Positions 1 through 10,379 of a stretch of 64,000 nucleotides of DNA are shown piece by piece. The translations under genes were made by a program, and so were the position numbers. This DNA comes from an uncultured Methanosarcinaceae archaeon (GTDB lineage Archaea; Halobacteriota; Methanosarcinia; Methanosarcinales; Methanosarcinaceae). Below the pieces are notes generated by a model. It ran no database searches, was not told the origin of the DNA, and was given only the letters and a program-made list of their open reading frames with translations. The first letter of the stretch is position 1; each line of letters begins with the position of its first letter. The stretch covers positions 448,001 through 512,000 of the forward strand of contig CAWJYV010000007.1 in NCBI GenBank assembly GCA_963847185.1, in the 5' to 3' direction.

Positions 1-49
1 AACTGCATCTGTTATCTGCTATACTATTTTGTAAACGTTCTCTAATTTT

Positions 50-208
50 CTACCTTTTGCCTTCAATGAATACTTTCAATTCCATTTCCCAAAGCTTCAG
101 TTGAGACAATAAGCAGATATTTTTGAGTAATTCTCCAGAATCGGTAGCAAGAAAGATGTCGTTTTTTGAGAACATCTGTAGAATGTTGGATTCTTTTTCT
201 TTCACCAT
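50..208 (-). CDS. small hypothetical protein (52 aa, MVKEKESNILQMFSKNDIFLATDSGELLKNICLLSQLKLWEMELKVFIEGKR), ends in TAG
   Basis: Manually translated ATG-started ORF below the track cutoff, divergent from 372..716; no family recognised. Confidence 0.35.
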   Translation of the reverse strand: MVKEKESNILQMFSKNDIFLATDSGELLKNICLLSQLKLWEMELKVFIEGKR

Positions 209-371
209 AAAAAACAGGGTGTAGAGTCAGTGGTCAACATAGCCTCATTTATAAGAGATTATCTTCTCGATTAGAAGTACGGAATTCAGGGGGTACAAAC
301 CCAAAATTATCTTAGGGTATATGAAAACTAAATATAGTTGTAATGTAAATATATTTTTGGAGTATTGAAAT

Positions 372-716
372 ATGGCTATGCTATTAGTGCCATTACATGA
401 ATTTTCAGACAATATTCTTCAACGGATTGATGAACGCGCACGAGTGAAAAACTACACTTATTGGTCTGACGTTTTTAGAGAGGTAATATACAAATGTTTT
501 AATTTCAAACCAACGTGCAAAGATAGACCAGTGTATATGGTGCAGCTAAAGGATTACATCGCGGAAATAAATTCGTATAAACGTCATAAGGGTAATTACC
601 TTGGTGTTGTTGTCGATGACGGACTAAAAGATAAACTTACCACATTAACTTCTCAACAAGCTAGTTCCTGGAATAGTCTCGCAATTAGGGCAGTTATACA
701 AGAATTTTCCAGATAA
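372..716 (+). CDS. putative tandem ribbon-helix-helix DNA-binding protein
   Basis: SD-like GGAG upstream; two CopG/NikR-like segments (LLVPL..SDNILQRIDERAR..WSDVFREVI and YLGVVVDDGLKDKL..SWNSLAIRAVIQEF). Confidence 0.5.
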   Translation: MAMLLVPLHEFSDNILQRIDERARVKNYTYWSDVFREVIYKCFNFKPTCKDRPVYMVQLKDYIAEINSYKRHKGNYLGVVVDDGLKDKLTTLTSQQASSWNSLAIRAVIQEFSR

Positions 717-825
717 ACCGCCAATTTATTTTTTATGATTTCTTATGCTCCATTACAACGCTATCATGTAACTGTTTTATTTGTTTTGCTGGCAGCAGTA
801 CTGATATTTATGTAAACCGGAGTAA

Positions 826-1624
826 TTACGCAATTTGAGATATTTCAGCCAGATCCTTCCGCATTTTCCTTTTCAATATCTTTTCGGAGATCCAGCCAAT
901 AGCATTGTAAACAGGATTTACAGGTACATCTGCGTAATATTTCGCTTTCGGACTCAGCCAGCCTTTCTCTTTCCAATACTTGTAATCAGCAGGGGAGATC
1001 AGGCCCAACTCTCCAAAACTTGCTTTCTGGGCGTGAAAGATAAATACATCTCGAAGCCCCGGAGATTGGCGTTTTTTGTGAAGGGAATTGTAGAACTCAA
1101 GTGCAGCCTTTTCGAGCTTCCGGTTATTCTCCTTGCTCTTTCTTCTTCGGAATCTGCATAGGAGGGGTTACAAGACCAACCGAGTAAGCTACTTCAAAAC
1201 CCCATACACTGGCTACTAATTTGAGGTAATCGAGAGCTTCCTTGTTGCCCAGCGCGCCAGTGGTAGAGAGAAGAAGGGCTTTTTTATCGAAGAAACGGGG
1301 ACGATGGAAAATATAGGAGAAACGATCTACGAAAGTCTTCATGAGTGCAGAGACATTCATTCCATAGACAGGTGTAGCAAAGATTACCCCATCAGCAGAG
1401 TGCATCTTCTGCTCGATAACGAAGGCATTGTCTTTACAGGGACAGTGATCTTCTCCTTTTACAAAACAGACAAAGCAGCCGCGACACTGAGAAAGGTCAG
1501 CATCTTTGAGCATAAAGTACTCAAATTCAACATTACTCTTAGACCGTATAAACTCTTCTATTTTCTTCGCCGCTTGGTAAGTATTACCTTTTCGTGGGCT
1601 TCCCATGATAACCAGGATTTTCAT
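826..1624 (-). pseudogene. flavodoxin-fold NAD(P)H-dependent FMN reductase / iron-sulfur flavoprotein, split by a +1 frameshift near 1131
   Basis: MKILVIMGSPRKGNT, CxxCxxCx7C, ATPVY, MKTFVDRF motifs; removing one base at GAGCAAGGAGAAT gives ENNRKLEKAALEFY...GELGLISPADY, which joins ORF 826..1008. Confidence 0.8.
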
Positions 1625-1847
1625 GATTTCAAACCGTTCCCAGAGAGGAGCCATTTCCCGATGACTTGAACTCTAAACTTTTGATATATTATTAACTATA
1701 TAAATAGAGTAGCTATATATTCCTTAAACAGGTATTTAATAAAGCGAAACAAGATCAGAAAAAAGGTTCAGTGCTTAATTTCTTTTGCTTAAAATATTTC
1801 TGCTTTTTATTTTTAAAAATTGTCAGGATCTTTCTGGGGGTGAAAAA

Positions 1848-3428
1848 ATTACTTCTTTGATATCTGAAAACGCAGGACCTGAAGAACTTGAGCCAATTGC
1901 AACGGCTGTACATTCCCTTGTTGGACTTCCGACCACAATCCGTAGCCTTAATCGAAAGGGGCTTCGTTTGGAAAATGGGAAAATCCTTGACCGGGAATAT
2001 ACAGGACCTGTACTTGAAGAGGTGCTCAGGGTTGGCAAGACTATAAGGGGAGTTCCGAAGGAAGGCACATATCTGGGCAGGAACGTAGCTGTTTCTCCCA
2101 TTTTCTCGGAGGACGGGAAGGTTATTGCTGCACTCGGGATTGTGGATTTGCTCTCTGTCCTTGAGATGCAGGAGATAATCAGGACAGTCGTAAATAACAG
2201 TCCAGCTGTGGTTTTTCTGTGGAAAACTGATGAAAAAAGGCCCTCTGAGTTTGTTTCTGAAAATGTAGTTCAGTTCGGGTATACAGTTGAGGACTTTATT
2301 TCAGGCAGAGTCCTGTACGGGGATATCATCCATTCCGACGACTTGAAAAGGGTCGAGGATTCACTCAAAGAGCGAATCAGGAGAGGTGGAGTAGATTTTG
2401 ATGCAGAATACAGGATCTTTACAAAAGCTGGCGACTTGCGGTGGGTGAATGAAAGGGCCTTTATCCAGCGAAATCCTGATGGGGAAGTGACTTACTTACA
2501 GGGGCTTGTACTGGATATAACCGAAAGAAAGGAGAACGAAGCGGCTCTCAGAAAGTCTTTTGAAACTCAGAAGCTGCTAAGAACTATAATTAACAACAGC
2601 CAGGCAGTAGCTTTTTTGTGGGAAAATAAAGCAAACATGCCTACTGTATACGTTTCGGAAAATGTAACTCAATTCGGATATACGGCCGAAGATTTCACTT
2701 CAGGTCAGATTTCTTATGAGAGTATTATTCACAGGGAAGATGTAGGCACAGTTATTGAAACTCTCAAACGCAACATCATAGAAAAGCAGGATTCTTTTGA
2801 TCTCGAATATCGAATTTTTACAGGAAATGGAAAAATTCTCTGGGTAGATGAGAAAACTTTCATTCAGAGAGATACTGAAGGCAGAGCTACCCATTTTCAG
2901 GGTCTTGTAGTTGACATTACTGAAAGAAAAGAAGCACAGAAAATGCTTGAAATCCAGCGAAAACTTGGAGTGGAACTGAGCAGTACATGGAATCTCCAAA
3001 CAATTCTCAACAAAGTTCTTGATGCTTGCCTCCAGATAAACGGGGTTAATGCTGGGGCAATCTACTTAAAGGACGAACTTCTGGACCAGATAAATCTTGT
3101 TGCGTCAAGGGGACTTTCTCCCGAATTTAAAGAAAAAGTTTCCAGATATAGGGCTGATTCCCTGGAGGCAAAACAAATCTGGATTGAAAAACCCATATAT
3201 TCGCTGGACTTCTACTCCGATACAATGAGTGATGCAGTAAAAAAAGAGGGAATAAAAGCTGTTGCCATAATCCCTCTGAAATACAGGGGAGAAGTTGTAG
3301 GCAGCCTTAACTTTGCTTCCCGTACTCTGGATAAGATTCCATGGAGTATCCGGAACTTCCTTGAGAGCGTTGCTCTTCAGGTGGTAAACTATATTGCTCC
3401 AGTCTGTATTCAGGCTGAACTATCCTGA
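1848..3428 (+). CDS. DUF2111-PAS-PAS-GAF sensor protein without an output domain
   Basis: N-terminal AVHSLVGLPTTIRS..DREYTGPVLEEVL as in 25849..26232; two PAS/PAC repeats (NNSPAVVFLW..EYRIFT..WV.E....QR..QGLV.DITERKE); C-terminal GAF-like region; start inferred at ATT 1848 or TTG 1857. Confidence 0.85.
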   Translation: MTSLISENAGPEELEPIATAVHSLVGLPTTIRSLNRKGLRLENGKILDREYTGPVLEEVLRVGKTIRGVPKEGTYLGRNVAVSPIFSEDGKVIAALGIVDLLSVLEMQEIIRTVVNNSPAVVFLWKTDEKRPSEFVSENVVQFGYTVEDFISGRVLYGDIIHSDDLKRVEDSLKERIRRGGVDFDAEYRIFTKAGDLRWVNERAFIQRNPDGEVTYLQGLVLDITERKENEAALRKSFETQKLLRTIINNSQAVAFLWENKANMPTVYVSENVTQFGYTAEDFTSGQISYESIIHREDVGTVIETLKRNIIEKQDSFDLEYRIFTGNGKILWVDEKTFIQRDTEGRATHFQGLVVDITERKEAQKMLEIQRKLGVELSSTWNLQTILNKVLDACLQINGVNAGAIYLKDELLDQINLVASRGLSPEFKEKVSRYRADSLEAKQIWIEKPIYSLDFYSDTMSDAVKKEGIKAVAIIPLKYRGEVVGSLNFASRTLDKIPWSIRNFLESVALQVVNYIAPVCIQAELS

Positions 3429-3840
3429 TAAAAATCATGAATTGAATAAAGCTTGTTCATGGCTTGAATAATTCCGAGTATGATCATTTTGTAGAATTAT
3501 CTACAAAGGCAGGCTCACAAAAAGAAGATCAAAGAGAGCAAGGTGAATTCTTACTCAGATTGCTCAGTCAGCAGCAAAAATCAGAAATAACTAAGATTAA
3601 CTTCTTTAACACTGATATAAATAATTTGTGATTTTACATTGATATGTAGGATAGAAAAATACGGTTAAATGTTGCTTATTCTCATGAATTTGTCCTGATA
3701 TAAGTCACTGCGTATCTTTTTTAAAATAAATAGGATATTTAATACTATTTTTTAAAAGTATCTGCGACTCTGATTGTTAGAGACTCTGGACAGAAAATAT
3801 ATATGCCGAGTTTTCACACTGTTTTTCGGGTGATACTATT

Positions 3841-4263
3841 ATGACCTTGAATATTGTAAACTCTGATACGAAAGTTGGTTCGACTTTCACCGGAATAGAA
3901 TGTATTGTTGAAGACTTGCCAGATAATTTTGTTATCATTGAGGAAAATTATGTTGATTCTCCAAAGGCAATGAATGATGAAGACATAAGGGAAGAGTCCA
4001 GAAGTCTGGCGAAGGCCGGTTATAAGGTGAATGTAGGTTCTGGAGCGAAGAGTCTTGATGTATATTTAAGTTCAAATAACAGTAATAATACTTTGAAGCT
4101 TACTGCCTACAGTCCTTCGAATCAAAAGATTGGAACAAAATCTGGTAAAGGTGAGATCGCCTATAATATCAAAAACAAAGGTGGGGGATTTATAGAAACA
4201 GGCAAATGGAAGTTTGAGGTCAGAGGGAGCTCTGTCACGTTTAAAGCTTACACGCATCAATAA
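3841..4263 (+). CDS. pre-peptidase C-terminal (PPC)-like beta-sandwich protein
   Basis: VNVGSGAKSLDVYL..NTLKLTAYSP..GKWKFEVRG pattern typical of Methanosarcina PPC-like proteins that precede wHTH genes. Confidence 0.6.
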   Translation: MTLNIVNSDTKVGSTFTGIECIVEDLPDNFVIIEENYVDSPKAMNDEDIREESRSLAKAGYKVNVGSGAKSLDVYLSSNNSNNTLKLTAYSPSNQKIGTKSGKGEIAYNIKNKGGGFIETGKWKFEVRGSSVTFKAYTHQ

Positions 4264-4423
4264 TAACTTGAATCTTGCTACTTATCCTTAAGCCGAAGCT
4301 CTCGAAATTTATAAAACATGTCTGACGGAAGTATAGAGATAGATTAATTCTCCATATAAAAGCAATGGCCAGGGTATCTCTGCAATAAGGAGCCTTGATG
4401 ATCAAGTTACGGGGAATCAGTCA

Positions 4424-5230
4424 GTGGAACTGAGGACTACACGTTTAATTTCTACGCATACTATTAAGCTTCAAAAGAAGCTTATTATTTGTTTTTTATT
4501 ATTTTTCTTTTTAACAGCAACAGCTGGAGCTACCGAATATAGTATGGAACCCATTCCAACTGATCAAGCCGGAGTCCCAATTGAAGGAGAAGAGGTGATA
4601 CCGCTCAAGGTTGTCGAAATACCTTACTGGCAGTTTCTGTTATGGCTGGCCACAGTACAGGTCTTAGCTGCAATTGACTTACTGTATCCTGGAAGGCTAA
4701 TTTTTGCAGTAGCAGGATATCGGATTGTAGGCCCTGTTAATGTACTTGACAATCCCAGCCGATCTAAAGTCTATACTTATATTAAAACCAGACCTGGAGC
4801 ATATATTAGTGAGATTGTAGAACAAATAGGCTTAGACAGAGGAACAGTGAAATATCATCTTAAAACCCTTAGAGCCAAGAGAAAAATCGAATCCTATAAA
4901 GACGGAGGGAAAATAAGATACTTCGAAAATCATTTTTCTTATAATGAGGATGAAAAAAAAGTTATTTCTGCCCTTCAAAACGTAACGAATCAAAGAATCG
5001 TTTCTGAAATAATGAATGAGAAATGTGAAACAAATGTGGCTCTCGCGCGTGAATTTGGAGTTTCCAGGGCTACAGTCAGCTGGTATATAAAAAACCTCAG
5101 AGAAGTTGGCCTTATATTGGAGAAGAAAGAAGGGAGAAGGACAATTTACAGAATAAATCAGTCCTATAAGCTCCTTGTTGAAAAACATGTGCAACAGATA
5201 CAGGATTCCTACAGTAAAGAGTGGGCTTAA
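4424..5230 (+). CDS. membrane-anchored winged helix-turn-helix transcriptional regulator (two wHTH domains)
   Basis: N-terminal hydrophobic segments, then VLDNPSRSKVYTYIKTRPG..GTVKYHL and ALAREFGVSRATVSWYIKNLREVGLI. Confidence 0.85.
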   Translation: MELRTTRLISTHTIKLQKKLIICFLLFFFLTATAGATEYSMEPIPTDQAGVPIEGEEVIPLKVVEIPYWQFLLWLATVQVLAAIDLLYPGRLIFAVAGYRIVGPVNVLDNPSRSKVYTYIKTRPGAYISEIVEQIGLDRGTVKYHLKTLRAKRKIESYKDGGKIRYFENHFSYNEDEKKVISALQNVTNQRIVSEIMNEKCETNVALAREFGVSRATVSWYIKNLREVGLILEKKEGRRTIYRINQSYKLLVEKHVQQIQDSYSKEWA

Positions 5231-5970
5231 AGTTGGGCTTGTCCTTAGCGTCGCGTCAGCAGTAAATATTGTATAAAATCAATTAAAAATATTTAGAATA
5301 ATTCAATCTTTGAGGAGTGACGTGATATTAAGTTGAGAAGCTATATTGCTTCAGTCTGCATCCAAGTGTGCTTATCGTTATTTTTTGTAAACTGAAGTTT
5401 ACTGATTTCCACTCTTTTTTATCTTACATCTTTAGAATCTAGTGAGAGTAAAAGATAACATTTGTTATTCAAATAATCAGGACTAAATATAAAATTAAAA
5501 CTCTTCTTTCACAGCAACTATGAAGCCCATCAAAAACTTGGTTTTTTAGGATGAGCTGGGTGTAGATTTGCTGAATTGGTCGGCAAGTGGATTTTTATTA
5601 TTTTTTCAAGGACTTTGCTCTCTCTTCAGAGCATACTAAGAAAAATAGTCGCCAGTAGTCCTTTTAAAATAGTCCTAGGGAACGATGTCTGAAATAGAGA
5701 AATCAATAAGATTCCTATACCTTCCTTGGGACTGTCTATAAAATCTTTCCAATATCTGAAAATTCAGAAAATCTCTCCTTCTAAAGAAATCGTGCGTGGA
5801 ATTCTGGCTCTTGCAAAAAAGGCTTCAGAAAATAATGGCCCTCCTCCTGGAGAGAGGTGTATTCCATATCAATGTTTCTCTTACCGAAGTCAGGTTCAGA
5901 AATTGATCTACTTTGATCAAATTCCATAGTTAAAGTTTCAAATTTATGAATTTTTTCCTGATTTTTCTTA

Positions 5971-6270
5971 TTAATTTCTACTTGCCGGTTGCAGAGATAC
6001 TACTTCAATGATGTTAAAGGATTTACCGAAAATATCTTTTCTTTCACCCAACAAACCAATAACCGTAACAAAATCGTCAACATCTGGTGTATATCCATTC
6101 CAAGATTGATTATTAGAAAAACAATGACCATTAATTGTGAAATAATAGTATTTTCCATTCACTGAAACCGCATAAGCTACGCCTGGTAAACAGGGTACGG
6201 TGGTACAGGGATTTTCAATAAGTAGATATCTCCCTGTAATTGTATCAAAGTTTTTTTTGTTAGATCCCAT
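5971..6270 (-). CDS. small beta-rich hypothetical protein with an NPCTTVPCLPG motif (OB-fold-like)
   Basis: ORF with AGGTG SD before MGSNKK; co-oriented downstream of the C25 peptidase gene. Confidence 0.6.
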   Translation of the reverse strand: MGSNKKNFDTITGRYLLIENPCTTVPCLPGVAYAVSVNGKYYYFTINGHCFSNNQSWNGYTPDVDDFVTVIGLLGERKDIFGKSFNIIEVVSLQPASRN

Positions 6271-6499
6271 AATTACACACCTTTTCAACTTTAGGTCGTT
6301 TACCATTATGCGGTTGGTATTTTAGGATTCAGATTCCAATTCTAGAAATGCCTGCTTTTTGTGCATAAATCATGTCTACCTTAATCATACTGAATTGCAA
6401 AAATGATATGTTGAGACATTAAGAATGTTTTTGGGAAAATAACGTCAACCAACTAATTGTCTACGACCTGAAAATAGCTAAATGCCATAAAAATTAGGT

Positions 6500-6524
6500 G
6501 CCCTCAACAATATCAATTGAGGGC
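6500..6524 (-). terminator. inverted repeat downstream of the C25 peptidase gene
   Basis: gccctcaa-N9-ttgagggc hairpin. Confidence 0.45.
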
Positions 6525-6556
6525 GTCTTATCTAGGGGAAATTTCTAACCTCTCAC

Positions 6557-8170
6557 TTACACTTTATAGGTAAAGTATCGCCAGTCACTCCATGGACAGA
6601 TTATATTACCAACTTTGGCACGTACGCGCCAGCGACCTCTCTGTGCTCCAACAAACATGTGTTCGTAGTTATTATCATTAAGTGCTCCTGAAACAAGCCA
6701 AGTAAAACCTCCTTCCGCCGCCCACTTCCCTGCAACACGAGCGCCGAAGGCATCAATCTCAATATTGTAAGTGACATTACTCAGACCGATCGGATCCCAT
6801 CTCATATTAGTCAGGCGTGGGTAGTGATCAAAAATGTCTCCTTCAAACGGGTCACGCAGAGTGGGTACGACACCACTCCACCAATTGATTGTAGGATCCC
6901 CTAGAAGCACCATTCCATAGAACCACTGCCGATCCCCTAGATCATGTGTATTGCCAAGAGCTTTCCACCAGTCGACGTAGGCATCGCCGATACCCTTTCC
7001 TGATCCCATTGGGCCATAGAAATTCTCAAATGCCAGCATCGAGCCAGTTTTTGCACTTCCAACAGCAGCAAGTCCATTGCATACCGAACCGCCATTTTTA
7101 TTGAAAATATACCATCCTGCCATATAGTCAGGTTGCGTAAAAAGGGCGTTACTACAGGCGAAAAGATTATAGAAATAGGCATTTGGTGGGTTGACATCAC
7201 GCAAATAGCTGTTTGCAACCCATTCAGAACCATTAGGCGTCTTGAACGAATGACCTGCTGGGTTAGAGTGAGCGCAAATATGAGCCCAGGCACGGTGTTG
7301 ATTAATTTCTGCCTTGTATCGATCTCCATCTGTAGTTGCAGGGTCCGTAATAACTTCGATATTTGATCCCGGGAACATCATGTCTAACGCACAATCGCCA
7401 AAGCCAGTCCAATCATCATCTACATAGGCAATAGCGCGGTTGGAATAGCTGAATTGACCTTTCCGGAACATGTGGTTGCGGGTGAAATAATTATTGAGCA
7501 GAGAGGCATCGTTGCCGTTTGCAGAGGGTGTCCACAAGCGTCCAATCCATATTTCAGGTTCAAGTCCTGAAGGATGTTCACTGAATTTGCCATCATTATC
7601 TTGGTCATTCCAAGTTCCATTAAGATCCATGTAATACAGGTCGCAAGGGAATTCAGAGTGAGCGCCATAAAAGTCATCATCCATTTCAAACCACGCCGTA
7701 GGGAGACTGCCTACCAAAAGAACGCCGACAATTGGAAGTTTGCTTTTAATATAATTTCGTAGCTCCATCGGAGTACCATTTTTTACTCGAAAAGCCGTTG
7801 CGAAATAACCTTCGTAGGCTACATCCTTAATATATTGGTCCATTGACGTTTTGATTAAAGGATAAAGGTCATAATTGACTAAGATCAGCATCTTCCCCTT
7901 CACGAAATGCTGTGCTGAATAGTTCTGCAAATATCTAAGATCTGAAGAAAATGTCGGCCTTGTTTGCTCTTCCGTCTCAAGTGCAGACGGTGGAATAAGA
8001 CGCCGATACTGAGCAAAAGTCTGAGGTGGCTGCCTATCCTTATTTATATACTCCAAATTACGAACGTTTCTATAGTTAATCTTGAAGGAACGCAATTGTT
8101 GGACTTTGTCAAGGTTTAGTTTCGAAAACTGATTAGTCATTGAAATTCTCCTGTTCATGAATTTGTTCAT
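6557..8170 (-). CDS. C25 (gingipain-like, caspase-hemoglobinase fold) cysteine peptidase with a C-terminal Fn3-like domain
   Basis: GVLLVGSLP, PCDLYYMDLNG, PEIWIGRL, catalytic-dyad candidates ICAHSNP and LFACSNA, LLGDPT; C-terminal HYPRLT..FVGAQRGRWRV..WSDW domain. Confidence 0.8.
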   Translation of the reverse strand: MNKFMNRRISMTNQFSKLNLDKVQQLRSFKINYRNVRNLEYINKDRQPPQTFAQYRRLIPPSALETEEQTRPTFSSDLRYLQNYSAQHFVKGKMLILVNYDLYPLIKTSMDQYIKDVAYEGYFATAFRVKNGTPMELRNYIKSKLPIVGVLLVGSLPTAWFEMDDDFYGAHSEFPCDLYYMDLNGTWNDQDNDGKFSEHPSGLEPEIWIGRLWTPSANGNDASLLNNYFTRNHMFRKGQFSYSNRAIAYVDDDWTGFGDCALDMMFPGSNIEVITDPATTDGDRYKAEINQHRAWAHICAHSNPAGHSFKTPNGSEWVANSYLRDVNPPNAYFYNLFACSNALFTQPDYMAGWYIFNKNGGSVCNGLAAVGSAKTGSMLAFENFYGPMGSGKGIGDAYVDWWKALGNTHDLGDRQWFYGMVLLGDPTINWWSGVVPTLRDPFEGDIFDHYPRLTNMRWDPIGLSNVTYNIEIDAFGARVAGKWAAEGGFTWLVSGALNDNNYEHMFVGAQRGRWRVRAKVGNIICPWSDWRYFTYKV

Positions 8171-9707
8171 AATCCCCCCTTTATTTGATTGATGCTTTTA
8201 TGGTTAAGTTCCAGTGTAACGACCGCCTGTTTTTATCTGTCCAGAATTTTGTTTCTAGTTAATCTAAATGCTGAACATAAAGGAAGTTTGGAAATTTTGG
8301 GACTCATAATTAGTATCAACCAAATAATGAAGGTATAATCAACGTCTATTGAGAAGCAAATCTGAAAGTATAAGCAATTTTTAAACTGTGAAGATTTACC
8401 TCTTTTAGGATCGGAGCTTATTCAAGGTTAGAGTTCAATCGTTCTCCTAGTATCCTTTTTAACTCCAGAGATTACTACTTTTACAAGAGAATATGATTTT
8501 TGTGTCCAAAGTCTCTAACAATTAACACATTAAATAATATTATAAAAAATCGAATTTAAATTCAAACTTTGCTTCTGATTGTTAGAAACCTTGGACATAA
8601 AACATTTAAGCAAAAAAACATCTTTTCATCTATTCCAAAGTTTACTGATGCTGCTTGTCCTATGAATCTTGTCGATATCATCTTGTTATTGGGCAAACTA
8701 ACGTTGTCTGTAATCATTTCTTATTATCTTCATAATTTGTTTTCATGGTCTAGGGTGGGAAACGATGATAGATGAAAAATAAGGAGTGAATATGTATTCC
8801 CTGTGAACTCAACAATAGGCAAATTATATTCATATATCTTGTAAATGATCACAAAGTGAGCCTTTTCTCTAAATTATCTGCAATTGAAATATTTCCGCCA
8901 CCTTTTTGTAAGTTTTATAGGAAATTCTCCATAAATCCTTTTTTGTGTTTTCGTTTGACATTTTTAAGCTTGTTGGCTTACAGATTGCCTCAAAAACAAT
9001 CATAATAAGGGAATAAAAAAGTCGATCATGCTTGTCTGGCGAAAAAATGCTGTTAAAAAACAGTTGAATTAAAAAGGTCATTTAGGTGGTTCACAAGGTT
9101 ATCCTGTATTAGAAGTTTAGTACAGGATCAGTTTTCAAGCTGTCCTATATTTTCCTTCATCTACAGCAAATCCCCCTTATGAACCAATTAATAGTATGTA
9201 AGTTATATTATAAAATATCATCGATAAAATAATAGTTTATTTCGTGAGTTCTTTTCTTTCCTTCATCTATTGTCATATAAACCTGCAGAACTAGGAAGGA
9301 ATTCAGTATTTAACTGAGCTTGTTTTTTAACATCTTTTGGTTGTGCTAGGTAAACCAGAATATCCAGAATTTTTGTTTTTCTGCACAGTCTCCTCTCTTC
9401 AGAAAGATAACCTATCTCATCATTTGAGGCAGGCTCAGAGAGGCTCAAAAAACACGTATTTGCCCAATTTTTAGCCTGATCAAGATTTACAATATGCATT
9501 AAGGATAAATACGTCCCCACAGAGATTAGTTTACTCAATATAAATGTAGCAAAATCTTATTGAATGCTTCATGGGAATAAGAAGTTATTTAGTATTAAAA
9601 GGCCATAAAAACTCAATAGAATGAATAAGTCTATTTAAGGGGTAAAATAAAAGAAATAATGTTATTTCAGAAAATATGGAAGAAATAATATTATTTTAGG
9701 GGATATT

Positions 9708-10379
9708 ATGCTACCAAAATTAATTATCCATAACAGTATAAGTATTGACGGTTCAACTACCGGTTTTGAAGCAAACATTAAAGTTCATTACGGAATTTTG
9801 AGCAGCTACCAGCCTGATGCCATGATAGTAGGTTCAAATACTGCAAAAGCAGGAACTCAGTTTTTCTGTGAAAAAATTCCACCTGAAGATAAATCAGATT
9901 TCTTGAAGCCTGAGATTCAGCCAGACGACCCAAGGGCATACTGGATGATCGCCGATTCCCGTGGAATTCTCGAAGGGATGATGCACGTCTTCAGGCGTTC
10001 CGAATACAGCAAAGACGTCATTGTCCTTGTCTCCGAAAAAACGCCGGAAGCTTACATAAATTATCTTAATGAAAGGAACTATGATTTCATCAGGGCAGGA
10101 CCAGATCGTGTAGATATCAGGCAGGCACTTGAAATCGCAAATGAACGGTATGGTTTCAAACTTGTGGTTTCTGACAGTGGGGGAGTGTTAAACAGCATCT
10201 TACTTGAGCATGAGCTTGTTGAGGAGATCAGCCTGATTATAAGCCCTGAGATTGCAGGAAAGAATGGAACAAATCTTTTCAGAAATCTCGAAAAGGTTGG
10301 AATTAAACTTGAACTTCTAAGGGATGAAATCGTGGAAAAGAAATATGTGCATCTGGTGTATAGGGTTTTGAAGGAATAA
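9708..10379 (+). CDS. RibD C-terminal / dihydrofolate reductase family protein
   Basis: PKLIIHNSISIDG, DAMIVGSNT, DSGGVLNSILL..LVEEISLIISP motifs. Confidence 0.85.
   Translation: MLPKLIIHNSISIDGSTTGFEANIKVHYGILSSYQPDAMIVGSNTAKAGTQFFCEKIPPEDKSDFLKPEIQPDDPRAYWMIADSRGILEGMMHVFRRSEYSKDVIVLVSEKTPEAYINYLNERNYDFIRAGPDRVDIRQALEIANERYGFKLVVSDSGGVLNSILLEHELVEEISLIISPEIAGKNGTNLFRNLEKVGIKLELLRDEIVEKKYVHLVYRVLKE

Larger units (their letters stand above)
3389..5366 (+). repeat. imperfect direct repeat (3389-3414 and 5341-5366) bracketing a two-gene cassette
   Basis: ctatattgctccagtctgtattcagg vs ctatattgcttcagtctgcatccaag, 22 of 26 identical. Confidence 0.55.

Noticed and set aside
5726-5929. 67-aa ORF and a short antisense ORF
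   Set aside because: No family recognisable; cannot be supported as a gene
8400-9600. Short ORFs 8569..8775, 8869..9081 and 9263..9538
   Set aside because: No recognisable motifs or good SD; likely chance ORFs or unidentifiable relics in AT-rich DNA
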